A DNA stretch of 64,000 nucleotides, the filler included, from Asterionella formosa (Eukaryota), in NCBI GenBank assembly GCA_002256025.1. It is 13 parts of 13 records of this genome, joined end to end, with 100 filler letters (N's around TTAATTAATTAA, not from the genome) between each part and the next. Parts side by side here need not be neighbours in the genome. Positions count along the whole stretch, not along the records: positions 19,866 to 24,727 come from NKIB01013322.1; positions 24,828 to 29,689 come from NKIB01013323.1; positions 29,790 to 34,649 come from NKIB01013324.1; 10 more parts are not named here. One strand, given 5' to 3'. A model generated the notes under the pieces. That model was given only the letters and a program-made list of their open reading frames with translations, did not search any database and was not told the origin of the DNA. Shown piece after piece: positions 22,433 through 34,749 of the stretch (position 1 is the first letter of the stretch; each line of letters opens with the position of its first letter). Position numbers and translations under genes: made by a program.

Positions 22433-24190
22433 AAGATCATTTTGACGGGATCAAGGAAAGTGTGAGAAGTCTTGTTCGGGATTACATGAGGAATCAGGCA
22501 AGAACAAGACTAGATAGACTATTAACAGAAAGCTCACAATATTACAAAGTGTAAAGTGAAAATACGTTTTCAGCTTTAGAGATCTTAAAAGTAAGATCTG
22601 CGATATTTCAACTAGACAATTTAACAATGTGGCACATCGAAATTTTCGGCAACAAAATTGCCGATTTTAGCATGACAACCAGAATAACGGTATTATGCAT
22701 AGAGATGGTACACCAAGCGAAAAACACACGAGAATGATTGTAACAACATGCAACATCAATGAAAATTGAACATGATGTTTGGAGCAACCAAAGTATGAAA
22801 TGCGATGTAATAAGTAGCATCAAATGAGAAATAGAAAAAATTGTTTTGGGTTAGAAATGATGTAAAAAGGAAGAGTTCCAATGGAGACGTATGCATTATG
22901 ACATTGTAGTACTTACACACCAGACAACATTGACTTTCCATCACCACATAATCGAAGACCGAAAGAAGAAGATCAAAAACTGAACCCAATGTAGACCTGC
23001 ATCGTTATATAGCGTAAATGGTCTGGTTTCTGCAACCATGCGCATCGCTGTAGTAGCCTGACACCAGTAGCAGTATTTCCGCCACAGTCATTCCTCTCTG
23101 CCGCCCACCAAACAAGCAACCCTGATCATTCCATTCTGAGCAAGCGTGATCGCCACGCTGCTCCAGCACTATTGACTCTCTCTAGCTGAGTATTCATGTA
23201 GCTTCTGATACGAACTCGTAGTAGAAATGTAGCAAAGCGCGTTAGCAGAAGAAAAGCATTGCTTGGCGGCAATATTGACATCATTGTCAATGATACAAAT
23301 CAACAAATACGATTAACAACGGCACAATACCACATCTTCAATGAGTAGTCATTGATAAATGCATTGGTTCTTATGTAGGTATATACAATCGAAATAAAAC
23401 AACAGTGCGTAATGACAAACAACGATGAAAGTGATCAAAACAAACCACGGAAGCAATCAAATCGGAAAGTCGATAAATACAATCTACAATCCACATTCAG
23501 TATTTCACTGTTGTACTCACCGATCCGCTTCAACTAGCATAACAAGCAGCAGACAATGGGATAAAGGAAAGACGAACGTTGCCTATTGCAAGCCCGAATA
23601 GAGTCAAGGCAGGCAAGATAGAGTGAGAACTATATTTGTGAGGACGAAATCGGGCATTTGGTGCGTAAAATCAATGAATATGTGAACGATATAATTCAAC
23701 ATTTCAGGTCTCGTAAAAATAATACCGAGTCTACAGAGATAATATTATAACGTGTTCAAAGTAAGCGTTAAAGCAAAGCTTAAACCATGCATGGTTGTTT
23801 TTAGTACCACGTACGGCCATAAGTAGACTAGATGACTGCCGGTACCGGTAGAATATCCGTGAATCATCATCACACGCATGACCGGAGCAAAAACTTGCCA
23901 CCAACATCAGATGTATCGATATCATCGTTTGTCCGACGAAATATGGACGATGCGACTCCATGAATGCCTCGAGACGACAAGCAATCCAACTACAATCCGT
24001 ATCCATTAGGCAAAGAATCGCTACTGGCGTCATCGCGGAACTGATTTCACTTCAAACCGGTCATGATGGACGACGATTGGCATGGTGAAAGGTGAATTGC
24101 CGGAGTCCACTTTTCAGGAGACGAACAAAAAACGATGTGAATTATAGATATAAATTAAAAAAAATCTGTAAAGTATATAAAATGGTTTCC

Positions 24191-24545
24191 TTAAGGTTCC
24201 TGCATTTGAACCCCTAGGCAAAAATTAATATATTGCTTAGGGTTGCCGAAACTCCCTGGAACTAAGAACTTTTATGTGCTAATTTGAATATCAATGATTC
24301 CGTTTGAAATATTCAAATGAGTGGAAATTTACGCGTACTTATGTAGATTCCATTTCAAATGCATTAAACATCGATTGATAGATTCTTCATCGCTGAATGT
24401 TTTACATTGCTACTCTACCGATAGTATACCTACTCGTATCAAAAAATATGTATCACATGCACGAGCCGGCGGCTCCGAAAAACATTTGAATGAGCATACT
24501 AACGGAACTATCGTACTGGTAAGCGTGCACTACATCTAAGCCGCG
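24191..24545 (+). mobile_element. Left end of the TIR MITE family (partial copy)
   Basis: TTAAGGTTCCTGCATTTGAACCCCTAGGCAAAAAT..., aligning with 47525-47870 over about 350 bp. Confidence 0.85.
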
Positions 24546-25158
24546 TATTACGTGAAGTGACCATCACATAAATAAGCCTAGTTGATTTTGAATGCATCAC
24601 ATGAATTAGTTGAATACATCAAAATACGTAGTTGAATATATCTATATATTATCTGAATACATCACGTTAAATATTTGATCAAAGTATCATGCATGCATTC
24701 CTGATCATCACTATATTATGTGATCACNNNNNNNNNNNNNNNNNNNNNNNNNNNNNNNNNNNNNNNNNNNNTTAATTAATTAANNNNNNNNNNNNNNNNN
24801 NNNNNNNNNNNNNNNNNNNNNNNNNNNGTAGTCGGAAGACGAGATTACACATGGCTGATATTTACTGGTATGATTCAAACCACGAAGCACTGCCATCGTC
24901 ATCACGCCTTAGCTACAACAGTGATCCACTAATACACAGTATGTACGACACGACCCAACAGCCAAAATTGATGTCTGATGTGGTATAATACCGGTAGCAG
25001 GTACCAGTACATGAAAACGACTTTTTGCTCCGCCCCTTGTCGTCATTTGTTGATCTCAAGCCGTGCTAACCGCCCGTTGGCTTGCCATTTGTTGAGCCTG
25101 CCCAACAATACATTCACTTACTTGCTCCTTCCATCACTGCGCTAAAGTGTCAATCTCA

Positions 25159-27933
25159 ATGCCTACCGACAACAGAGGAACAGCGGCTGGTGCTTCCGCT
25201 GGAGTCCTAGGCTCCATCGCTGGAAGCGCTGACCATCAAGGGAGGATATCTGATGTGACAACGACTGGATCATTTGACGATGCCAACAGCAACAAGAGCC
25301 CGTTGGCGGCACGCTCAACATCTCCCCCTCACAAATCCAGGCTCTATGATGCAGCCGACGCTGAGATTCGCACAGCCAAAGCCATGGCCTTGGCCATCCA
25401 GGCCAATCCCACTCTGACTCCGGAACAAGTACGGGCGCTGGTTGGAGCACAAGACAACCAGCAGCTCGAGCTCATCCGGGATAGTCCCCCAAAGCCAAAG
25501 GAAACGATGGGGAGCTTGCTGATTCCAGGAAGACTCGCTAGTGCCTTTGCCACATCAGTCAAGAACCTTCACGTGGACGTGACGAATGCCCATGTCAAGA
25601 CAACAGCAACGACGACGACGACGACTCTGTCTGCGTCGAGCGTGCTCCGATCAAACAAAACGAACTCGCCCCTTTCGGCCCTACCGGTGTCCCCGTCGTC
25701 ACCTAGAGCCAAGGACCGAGTCAAGGCTAGTTTACGAGGCCTGACAGAGAGGAAAAACCTGAAAAAGTCGGCGAAGCTACCTCCCGACGAACAACAGGTC
25801 CGACTGACCGCCATTGTGTGGAAACGACGATCAGGATTGGGAAAACTCTCTTTGCATGCATGGGAGCGCCGAAGAGTAGTTCTACGCGGATCCATTGTGG
25901 AGTATTACAAAACGGAAAAGGAGGAGCAGCGAGTGGATGATCCATTGGGATTGTTGCTGGACGATGGAGGAAAACCAGATTCGGAAAGCAAAAATACAAA
26001 GATTTCATGGCTTGAAACAGCCGCAGCCAATTTGGAAAAAGCAAAGGCCAATGTAAATTCGAGCCTGGCCATGTTGAAGAACCCTAATGACAATCTTGAT
26101 CCCAATGCGCCCAGAGGGGTTTTGGATTTGGTCAAGGAACGAGCGACCGTCGCTGCAGCGACGGGACATTCAGGAGCACCGACGCCCTTTGCCATTTCCA
26201 TTAAAGTGCGGGGAGAAACGAAATGGAAGTTTTGTCATGACTCTCACTCCGAGCAGATGGAATGGCTGGCGGCGCTGACAGATGTAGTGGTCATGTGCAG
26301 CGTGGATTCATATAATGCACAATTGCTCCTTATCGCAGATCCCACTCATGTCGACACTAGTGTTTTTGGCAATACGGTTCATAGACCGCCGGAGGAGACA
26401 GATGGGACGGCGGCTGCTGGAGGGCATAGACTTTGGGAGCTTCAAGAATATGCTGTGTCGTCGCGAAAAGTCCAAGTGGAAGATGACGAAGGCGAGAGTG
26501 AAGTGGAAGAGAGTGAGGTGGATGAAAGTGAGGTGAACGAGGATGATATGATCGTTGGAGCCATCAAGTCGCGAAATTTAATAAACTTGGAACTCATTAC
26601 GCCTACGGCATCGTCCGCTTCTGAAACCTTGGTGGCGCCTGCCGCCGAAGTGAATATTGGTCCAACGGTTACTATTCGAGAAAATGATCTTTACATTTGT
26701 GTTGTGATTATCAACGTGGCAATGGTATATTCTCATGCTTCCTCGACCACAGCGTCAAATTTTTGGTACATTGTTACCTTCGCTAATCTTGGTCTTTGGG
26801 TACTCATAGCAAAAGAAGGCAAAAAGAAGGCAGTTGAGCAAGTGCCAAGTCAAGGCATTGATACTGCGACAGCGACAACACCGGCTAAGGCACCCACACC
26901 GAGCGCCGCAACTGTCACCAGAAGAACGACTAAACGAGAAGCGTTCAGTGTAGCAGTTCCGCCATCCAAACCCTCTCAAAATACGGCTGTCGCTTCCACC
27001 TTTAAACCTAATGCTGGAAGTACAACTGTCGAGATTCATAACCCCACTGATGTTCCTGAAAAAGATGGCCACATATTCGCCGCATGGAGGAAGCCAACCC
27101 CTGACTTAATGATTCGATCCCATGGATACATGACCAATGGAAAGAAGAAGGTTCCCTCGCCGGGTACTTTGTATACTGTTCTTTGTTCCGATATTTTTGA
27201 ATCTCAGAATCGCTATCCGGACATGGCTCCTCGGGTTCATCTTCCCACAGTGACGTTTGACGACGATGATCAACCAAAGACGTGGCGAGCACCAGATATA
27301 TTTGTCATTTCTGTCTCTCTCCCCACAGATCCACCCAAGCTAACAAAAGCAACTGACGATGGTGGCGGTTACACTATTACCATCTATATGGGCATGGCAC
27401 CAGAGACACGTAACATTCTGAGGAGAATCACTGCAGATGACTATGATCCATCAAAGGAACCTTCCAATGGCGATATTCAAAAGTCGAAGATCAATGCTGT
27501 CAAGTTATTCGAAGAATGGTGTCGTCGTGCACCCAATGATTCGAAATTCATGTCTCGCTTTAAGCTAGTTCCCAACGCGCAGAATCTTAAGGAGATTGGG
27601 ATGCCAGCTTGGATCACCAAGTACAACGGAAAGCCTGTTCTTATTAAGCGCCCTGGTCAAACCGGATTTCTTTATCAACATCCCGAACTCTCGTGTATTG
27701 AGTTTGATATTTCCCTTCACCCTTTTCCTTATTTGGCCAAGCAAGCGATTTGCTACATGAAGGAAAACTTTTTCAAAAAGGTCCTTGTTACTTTCGGATT
27801 TGTGATTGAAGGCCGAGCTGACGATGAACTTCCCGAATGCCTGATTGGACTGATGCAATTGTGCTATCCAGATCCACTCTATGCCATTCAAGCAGAAGAT
27901 GTCTTTGCTGGAACTAGCGTCCGATCATGTTGA
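25159..27933 (+). CDS. PH domain plus transmembrane hairpin plus EDR2 C-terminal (DUF1336) protein
   Basis: PH: VWKRRSGLG..AWERRRVVLRGSIVEYYK...WKFCHDSHSEQMEWLAAL. Two hydrophobic helices. EDR2_C motifs MIRSHGY..KKKVPS, RFKLVP, YNGKPVLI, EFDISLH and GFVIEGRADDELPECLIG. First ATG at 25159. Confidence 0.85.
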   Translation: MPTDNRGTAAGASAGVLGSIAGSADHQGRISDVTTTGSFDDANSNKSPLAARSTSPPHKSRLYDAADAEIRTAKAMALAIQANPTLTPEQVRALVGAQDNQQLELIRDSPPKPKETMGSLLIPGRLASAFATSVKNLHVDVTNAHVKTTATTTTTTLSASSVLRSNKTNSPLSALPVSPSSPRAKDRVKASLRGLTERKNLKKSAKLPPDEQQVRLTAIVWKRRSGLGKLSLHAWERRRVVLRGSIVEYYKTEKEEQRVDDPLGLLLDDGGKPDSESKNTKISWLETAAANLEKAKANVNSSLAMLKNPNDNLDPNAPRGVLDLVKERATVAAATGHSGAPTPFAISIKVRGETKWKFCHDSHSEQMEWLAALTDVVVMCSVDSYNAQLLLIADPTHVDTSVFGNTVHRPPEETDGTAAAGGHRLWELQEYAVSSRKVQVEDDEGESEVEESEVDESEVNEDDMIVGAIKSRNLINLELITPTASSASETLVAPAAEVNIGPTVTIRENDLYICVVIINVAMVYSHASSTTASNFWYIVTFANLGLWVLIAKEGKKKAVEQVPSQGIDTATATTPAKAPTPSAATVTRRTTKREAFSVAVPPSKPSQNTAVASTFKPNAGSTTVEIHNPTDVPEKDGHIFAAWRKPTPDLMIRSHGYMTNGKKKVPSPGTLYTVLCSDIFESQNRYPDMAPRVHLPTVTFDDDDQPKTWRAPDIFVISVSLPTDPPKLTKATDDGGGYTITIYMGMAPETRNILRRITADDYDPSKEPSNGDIQKSKINAVKLFEEWCRRAPNDSKFMSRFKLVPNAQNLKEIGMPAWITKYNGKPVLIKRPGQTGFLYQHPELSCIEFDISLHPFPYLAKQAICYMKENFFKKVLVTFGFVIEGRADDELPECLIGLMQLCYPDPLYAIQAEDVFAGTSVRSC

Positions 27934-27978
27934 AGTAATAAAGTAAAATCTGATTATTTTTACATTTCAAGATTTCCC

Positions 27979-28944
27979 TTACTCTTCATCTTCATACAGC
28001 CGAAACCAGTTGGTTGCTATCCATTTTTCTTGATTCGTTGGCATACCTGCATGCAATGATCTCCAGTTTGTGACTGGACTTGAAGATCCATCAATAATCA
28101 TGTTTTCGTAATTGTAGAAAGCTACTGCATCGCCAGGATTTACTCGAATGACATGCGGACCCTCTCGCATTTCGGAATTCTCCGTTCCAACAATCCACAC
28201 ACCATCTTTTCCAAGTCTCTTTGTTTTAATCATATTCATTTGATCTATAATCGTTTCTGGTGGCTTGTTGTTGTTGTTGTTGTTGTCATCCTCCATGGTG
28301 CCCTGAACGTGACAAAAAGGAAACCATGTACCTGCAACTCCGTTCAAGTAGTGAAGGACAGTTACAATACGACCAAAGCCATCATGATGTAGATCAAATT
28401 TTCCACCCTTTTCATATCGCACAACTTGAACATGTTCCGAAAATATTTCATCATGACTTACAAAGAGGTCACGGTTGAGATTCGTCATGAATTGCGCCAC
28501 AAGGTTACCTCGATTATTAGCATCATCCTTTCGTCCTTCCTCCTCCGGCGACACCCATGCCATATATGACCCACTTCGATGAGAAACAGCTCCCGACTTG
28601 GTTTCTGCAAGCTCCATGCCAGCATGTAAACTCGATTCAATGAGGCCCTGTCGGTCTTCGTTGTGACACAATATGCCTCGAAAGATGTACATTGGTGGAT
28701 TCATGGCTACTCGTTTGATGGAAAGAAAAGGTAATCCTTCTATAGGGTTTAATGATTCACCAACTTGTAGGTTCTGGAGTTGGTGCGGTGGAGAAAACAG
28801 GGTGGGAGTGAGAATTTCCGAGGGCAAGGTATTGGGTATGTTGATTTTTCCAACTCGAAGAGTAAGACCATGGACACAAAGGAAACAATGGGCTAGAAGG
28901 ATCATGATGGCGCCCAAGTTGATTACTGATGATATTGAGAGCAT
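27979..28944 (-). CDS. Prolyl 4-hydroxylase-like 2OG-Fe(II) dioxygenase with signal peptide
   Basis: EHVQVVRYEKGGKFDLHHD, RIVTVLHYLN, PGDAVAFYN and SLHAGMP..EKWIATNWF give HxD...H plus the 2OG-binding Lys. Hydrophobic N-terminus from ATG 28944. Confidence 0.85.
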   Translation of the reverse strand: MLSISSVINLGAIMILLAHCFLCVHGLTLRVGKINIPNTLPSEILTPTLFSPPHQLQNLQVGESLNPIEGLPFLSIKRVAMNPPMYIFRGILCHNEDRQGLIESSLHAGMELAETKSGAVSHRSGSYMAWVSPEEEGRKDDANNRGNLVAQFMTNLNRDLFVSHDEIFSEHVQVVRYEKGGKFDLHHDGFGRIVTVLHYLNGVAGTWFPFCHVQGTMEDDNNNNNNKPPETIIDQMNMIKTKRLGKDGVWIVGTENSEMREGPHVIRVNPGDAVAFYNYENMIIDGSSSPVTNWRSLHAGMPTNQEKWIATNWFRLYEDEE

Positions 28945-30359
28945 TTTCTTCGTCGAGAAACAAAACGATGGGAAAAGGAGAGGCAAGCCGAACGGTTACT
29001 GTGCAAGACCAGCTTAGAGGAAAGGTAATTAGCAATACAGGCTGCAAAAGAACAACAAAGGAGAGTTACCGATATGACTTTTGGCGTTGCTTGATGCTTA
29101 CGCAAGCAATCGAAGAGTGAAACATCCTACCAAAAAATGAGCTAGCTTGTTCTGCTCATAATGGGCGATGCTATTATCACGTTTCTTTTAATAGCCCTCA
29201 AAAGAATATATCGAACAAAAATATTTTTAGACTCTGTAATATATATTTAAAAAAAAATCAATTGCTAAATATGGATGACAATTGAAAACGTCAAGTCGGA
29301 CATTCGCTTTTTTTACATGAATATCTTTGTATATAAATTCTGTCATCCGGGGAAACCGAATACAGCAATCCGTGCTGTCATTGATATAACAAAATCTTTG
29401 GGCGGAAAACAGTCGTGAGAATTGCTTTATGATAGTTGGAGTACTGGTACCGGTACCGGTAGTAAAGAGCGATAGTAAGTAGTCTACTGTATTCTCGATC
29501 CTCTGCATGATCAACCCCAGCAAAGAACAAAAATTGACGACAAGCAATCGGGCGATGTATCACAGCTGCATGCAGACATCATGCGTACTACCTGGTACCG
29601 GTAGCTATTAATACCGGTATAAAATAAGAACTCAGAATATGCAAGTCGGCAAGAACGAATGAGAATTGACTCCATTACATTACTTGTTANNNNNNNNNNN
29701 NNNNNNNNNNNNNNNNNNNNNNNNNNNNNNNNNTTAATTAATTAANNNNNNNNNNNNNNNNNNNNNNNNNNNNNNNNNNNNNNNNNNNNTTTCTCGTGAT
29801 CTACTTCTAGATCTTTAGTAAACGTCAGAAACTCACTTTCTGCTTTACTTTATTGTGAGCTTTCTACTACTTAGAATAAGCTTCTTCCTAAGATCCATTT
29901 TCGATCTTTCAACTTCTACTTCAATCATCTCATCATCGTCTTTACCAAAACAATTCTGTGGTCCCTGGGAGCCACATCTACTATAAGACATAGTTGGAGC
30001 ATGATCATAGTTCGAGTCACTTTTGTGACTCGACTCAAATGATCCCTTCACTATTTGTCAACAGTTATGCTGGTGTAGGTGTATCAATCTGGGGTGTTGA
30101 TTTCTTTCTTCAGCGACACACCTACAACCTTAGCCTCTCCATCACTGTAATATATTGCGTGTTGAGCTTTGGCTGTTGGCATCATTCTGTATCAAAAGAA
30201 AACAAGCATACCTCAAAATCCGTCGACACGACGAAGCGGAAGCAAAAGGGGATAAACGGACGGAACAGTAGTTGTTGTCATTGTACTGAGTAGTACCGGT
30301 ATTGGCTGAGTGCTTGTTCAATCATCACGCCGAATTGAGGGACACAAGAAGCAACATCC

Positions 30360-32000
30360 ATGGCATCGTCCAACACAATGGAGCGCGTCTTGTACAACGT
30401 TCACGCTCGCATCACCACGTTGATTCTCCGCAAGACATCAGCTCGCTTTCGATCATGTTTGGAACAATTGATTCTGGTACTGACACTTTGCGGCTTTGCT
30501 GTACTATTCATCAGTCATGTCACCTTTCTCTATCGAGGACCGTCCCCCAGGCTACTATCGAGCGCAAGCATAGCCAGTCAATGCCTAGCGCAGTTTGCTC
30601 CGAAGTCAGCGAATCTAACGCACATTGTGCTAGCAACGGATGGAGAATTGTCAAGCACGTTTAAATTGGCGCCAGATGCGTGCCTAAATAGCAAGATTTT
30701 GTTTTCCTATTCCGAAACGAAAGGATTCCTGCTCTTGGACCGACACACTTCCAGTAGACATCAAATATCCACACAATACATTTCGATTTCACAACAAGAT
30801 CCAGCATGCTTTGGAGAGCCCTTTCTGCAGTCCATATCGCAGAAATTTCTTGGAAAAGATACAATTATGCTCAACTGGCTTCTCCCGCTAGAAACTGGCT
30901 ATGTTTACAACCCGCGAAGCAATCAAATGATTCATCTCGATATGACCGAGACGCTCCATCATTTGTCTCTTTTCCAACTTCCCCTTGCTGTTCAACAACT
31001 ATGGGTCAAAGTAGGCGTGGTGGTTACGTCAATTTTTCTATTTTTTATCACTTCCACCCTTGTGTCGTTCACGCTCAGAACTACGCAAGAGCGCATGTTG
31101 GACTTTACATTACAGCTGCAAGCGCACGTACGTCAAGAACGCCCACTTGGTCTCTTGGTAACAACGCATGTATTGGAAAGTCTTGTATTCGTACCCATTA
31201 TGCTCGGAATGATGTTCTTTCTCATTGAATTCTATGGAGGAGACTCGCTCTTGGCGATTGTGATCATGTCGGTTGTTTGGTTGTCAGAAGTATTTTCAGT
31301 CGTATCCTTACGAAGCCGAGAGGGAATGCATTTCTTTCCAAGAGTCTTCTTTCTTTTGTTTTTTGTCTTTCATGTCTACCATTTCTCTTGTCCATTTGGG
31401 TTTACTTACATGTCACTTGGAGTGACAGTGAGTTTTATGGTCCATTCGATGTGGTTCTTTTTGTGTAGATATGAATTGCCTGCTATGGCACGCGGATTAG
31501 TATCACTCGAACGACCAAGAATGAATGGCCTAAGTGGTTCAACCTCGATAGTTATTAGGGGTTTTGTTCCCTTTGATCAATCAGAAGAGGCAGGTCATGC
31601 AGTTCTGGCTCCCCGTAATTTGGCACGAAATTTCCCCAGCATGTCGAGTTTAGGTCGAACGTCTCAAATGTCTCAACCATCATCATCAGCGGGACTCTTT
31701 CACGATGACGATGACGATGACGGCGAAGGTTCTTATATGTATTATATGAACGGAGAAGTGGTCGTGCATCGTGCACAATCATCGGGGATGTCTGTTGGTA
31801 GCGATGGGCAGACACTACAGCGGAATATGTCGTCGAGTAGTTTACTTGGGCATGAAATTGCTGCGAATTCGCCACTGCAAGAATCTCGAGAATTTTCAAT
31901 GCAAGACGTGACGCCAAGAATGGGATCCGCACAATCAATCGCAGGCACAACAAATGATGAACTAATTCAAACAGCACCATCCTTTCCATTGTTCGGTTAG
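30360..32000 (+). CDS. TMEM259: Membralin (ER membrane protein, ERAD-associated)
   Basis: ERVLYNVHARI...LEQLILV...HVTF, FSYSETKGFLLL, CFGEPF, SFTLRTTQERM, LVFVPIMLGMMFFLIEFY and FFPRVFFLLF..FHVYHF..PFGF...RYELPA. Confidence 0.88.
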   Translation: MASSNTMERVLYNVHARITTLILRKTSARFRSCLEQLILVLTLCGFAVLFISHVTFLYRGPSPRLLSSASIASQCLAQFAPKSANLTHIVLATDGELSSTFKLAPDACLNSKILFSYSETKGFLLLDRHTSSRHQISTQYISISQQDPACFGEPFLQSISQKFLGKDTIMLNWLLPLETGYVYNPRSNQMIHLDMTETLHHLSLFQLPLAVQQLWVKVGVVVTSIFLFFITSTLVSFTLRTTQERMLDFTLQLQAHVRQERPLGLLVTTHVLESLVFVPIMLGMMFFLIEFYGGDSLLAIVIMSVVWLSEVFSVVSLRSREGMHFFPRVFFLLFFVFHVYHFSCPFGFTYMSLGVTVSFMVHSMWFFLCRYELPAMARGLVSLERPRMNGLSGSTSIVIRGFVPFDQSEEAGHAVLAPRNLARNFPSMSSLGRTSQMSQPSSSAGLFHDDDDDDGEGSYMYYMNGEVVVHRAQSSGMSVGSDGQTLQRNMSSSSLLGHEIAANSPLQESREFSMQDVTPRMGSAQSIAGTTNDELIQTAPSFPLFG

Positions 32001-32226
32001 AAATAATATCGATTCTTGATTAGCTACTTATTCTTATTCCTGTCGATATCCAGGATGCATTTGTCGCAATTACCCAAAGGGAAAGCGACAGATGGACACC
32101 AGAATACAAGAACTTCTATCCCATGGTTATCGATCAATTATGATAGGTTAGCATCGAATGTTGAATGTTACAGCGGGGCCCTGCTTCATTCCAATCCGAA
32201 AGTAGTTCATCATTTTTTCATATCAA

Positions 32227-33792
32227 TCATTCCGTAAATACTTCAAATCTCTGCGAATTCACAAAGTGTGGCCCTTCCTGAAGGATTTTATCCAGAGCAT
32301 TTACTATCTTGTCTGCCAATAAACCTCTTGCGTCGCTTTCCATGACAGCTTGAACAATTGCATACTTGGCCTCTTTTCCTTCTTTCGTGGGTTCGCCTTC
32401 TCTGGAAACGAGAAAGTCGTAGAAGCCACCGTGAGAAAGGAGGACTTGAGCGCCTGTACCTCTCTTGGAAAATGCGGCGAGAAGGGCATACGCACCTAGT
32501 CTTGCTTCAATAAATGGTGATTTTCCAATTGTTAGCACTATATTCGTGGCGTCGCCACCGTTGGTATGACCAATAGTAGAGAATAGCCGCAAGGAAAGCG
32601 CATTTGATGGGACATTCACATTCATTACTGAATCACCGCTGATTGTCTTTTCTAAAGGCGGATCCATCACCATGGCAACCGAGTAAAGGATCACTGACTT
32701 GAGCTTAGGCTGTGCAACTGCCAAGGAGAGCCATGCATCTCGTGTCATGGGATCGTCGATCACTCCTTCTAGCGCTTCTGGGGACGCAGACGCGAAACTA
32801 GATATTGCATCTACCAGAGCAAGCCTATCGAGCTCACCACTACCTCCCTCAAAGTTCCGAAGCGCTTTTTTAAAACCATTCAAAAGGCCAGTTCCTCCAA
32901 TTACAAACAAAGAAGCATCCCGTTGACTCAAACGGCAAAAAGTAGCAAGCAAGCGCAATGCCGGACCACCAAGGATTGGATCGGGATATTCCATGCTTTC
33001 ATTGCCACCCGCCATTTGCAAGAGTGGCTGTAGAACATTCGCAGAAAATAGCCATCTCGCGCGAGGACCATGCATAGGGATCGAGGTAGCCAACTTCTCA
33101 ACAAGATCAAGGATCGACAGCTGCAAAAGGGGATCCGACTCGTCCGACAACATAATAAGGAGCAAATCCATAGACCCAGACGTGATTGCAGCTTCCATAG
33201 CCGAATCAGATAAATTTGCCAAATCAATGACTGCACTTCCACATCGAACACAAATGGTGGTCGCCGCATTTCGATCGGTGTCGACCTGATCCCACGCAAA
33301 TTTCCAAGTCCTCACCAACGCTGCCATTGCTCGTTCCGACAAGGGTGGTCCCATGCACCTACCACAAGCAACCAGTGCAGCTGTTGCATTGCTGGCCACT
33401 TCGACATCATTTCCACCCAGTTGTGCCACCAAGACTCGCAGTACGTCGTCGGACACCATCACTTCCCTATGGATGGAACTCGGTAGCTGCTGAGCAACTT
33501 TCTTCACAGCCCTCGATATAGGCTTCAGGAAAGTCGCAGGATCGGCCGTTGCCAAATAAGTCATTAGAGTCAAGGCCTCCTGGCTATCTAGCTGGAGCGA
33601 GTCCGACTTTCCCAGAAACAGGCAAGGAGCGATAAAATCTGCTGTGAATTGTGGATTTGAATCAAGAGAGAGCGTCGCCAAGACCTCCTCCGCTCCCTTG
33701 ACATTTTCCTCTCCTAGTTTATGTTTCAAATCGTATAGAATCTTTCTGACAGCTTCTGAGTCGGGAGATTTGCTCGGGGTGCTCATTTGCAT
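32227..33792 (-). CDS. PSMD5: 26S proteasome non-ATPase regulatory subunit 5 (S5b/Hsm3 base-assembly chaperone)
   Basis: ARM/HEAT solenoid with SDPLLQLSILDLVEKL, SPFIEARLGAYALL and C-terminal GFYDFLVSREGEPTKEGKEAKYAIVQAV...EGPHF. Confidence 0.8.
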   Translation of the reverse strand: MQMSTPSKSPDSEAVRKILYDLKHKLGEENVKGAEEVLATLSLDSNPQFTADFIAPCLFLGKSDSLQLDSQEALTLMTYLATADPATFLKPISRAVKKVAQQLPSSIHREVMVSDDVLRVLVAQLGGNDVEVASNATAALVACGRCMGPPLSERAMAALVRTWKFAWDQVDTDRNAATTICVRCGSAVIDLANLSDSAMEAAITSGSMDLLLIMLSDESDPLLQLSILDLVEKLATSIPMHGPRARWLFSANVLQPLLQMAGGNESMEYPDPILGGPALRLLATFCRLSQRDASLFVIGGTGLLNGFKKALRNFEGGSGELDRLALVDAISSFASASPEALEGVIDDPMTRDAWLSLAVAQPKLKSVILYSVAMVMDPPLEKTISGDSVMNVNVPSNALSLRLFSTIGHTNGGDATNIVLTIGKSPFIEARLGAYALLAAFSKRGTGAQVLLSHGGFYDFLVSREGEPTKEGKEAKYAIVQAVMESDARGLLADKIVNALDKILQEGPHFVNSQRFEVFTE

Positions 33793-34749
33793 GCCTTTTC
33801 TTTTTTTAAGTTTGGTTTATGATATTGAATTGCAATCATTACAATTTTTGTTTTGTGGGATTGTTCGATAGAAGTTCCATGGAGTCGGGTTGGTTCCTTA
33901 GCATAACCATCACATGACGATGATATGTGTAAAAATACATGCAGGTGAAGCACAGAGATTCCTGATTCCACTCTAGGTGTTGCGCGACAGCACATAGTTT
34001 TCCCTATGTCTGTAGTCTGCATGACGTGGTGGTAGATGGATCCTTAAGGATGAACTCCATTACTGGTAATGAGAGAAGTCTACGAACAGTCAGGAACAAC
34101 TAGCTATAAGTAGGTGAGGGCATATTGTCATGGATTTATCTGATTTTGTCAAGAAGTAATCTACAGCAGCTAGGCCTGACAGTCTTAAAGGCTTAGATGC
34201 ATAAATATGTTGTAAGTAGGACGACCAGGATGTGATCCTCTACCAACTCAAGTTAGGAAACCTCTAATGCTCTTGCCTCCAAAATAATTCACTTCTGAAA
34301 CAATCATGAGTGTAAATGTTTCAAATCAAAATACATTTAATTATTTAGTTACGCCCATTCTTTTACTCGCTTTTACAAAGGAAGCATTGCTCAAGCATGT
34401 GTCAAAATGAAGACCCACAAGCCTTCATGCAGTGAAAAAATATTCTTGTTGAACAGTGCAATACTGTCTATCCACTCAACAAAGGGATGCGCCACTGATT
34501 TTGGATACATATGTAGATCTCCGTTCAATTTTGAAGATAGATGTTCTCTGTATATTATTGATAGCTGAACAAAAGTTTTAGAATTAAATGTTCATCTAGC
34601 TGTCAATCAGAAGTCGTTTCTCAGGGCCATGATGTTGGACAAAACATTGNNNNNNNNNNNNNNNNNNNNNNNNNNNNNNNNNNNNNNNNNNNNTTAATTA
34701 ATTAANNNNNNNNNNNNNNNNNNNNNNNNNNNNNNNNNNNNNNNNNNNN

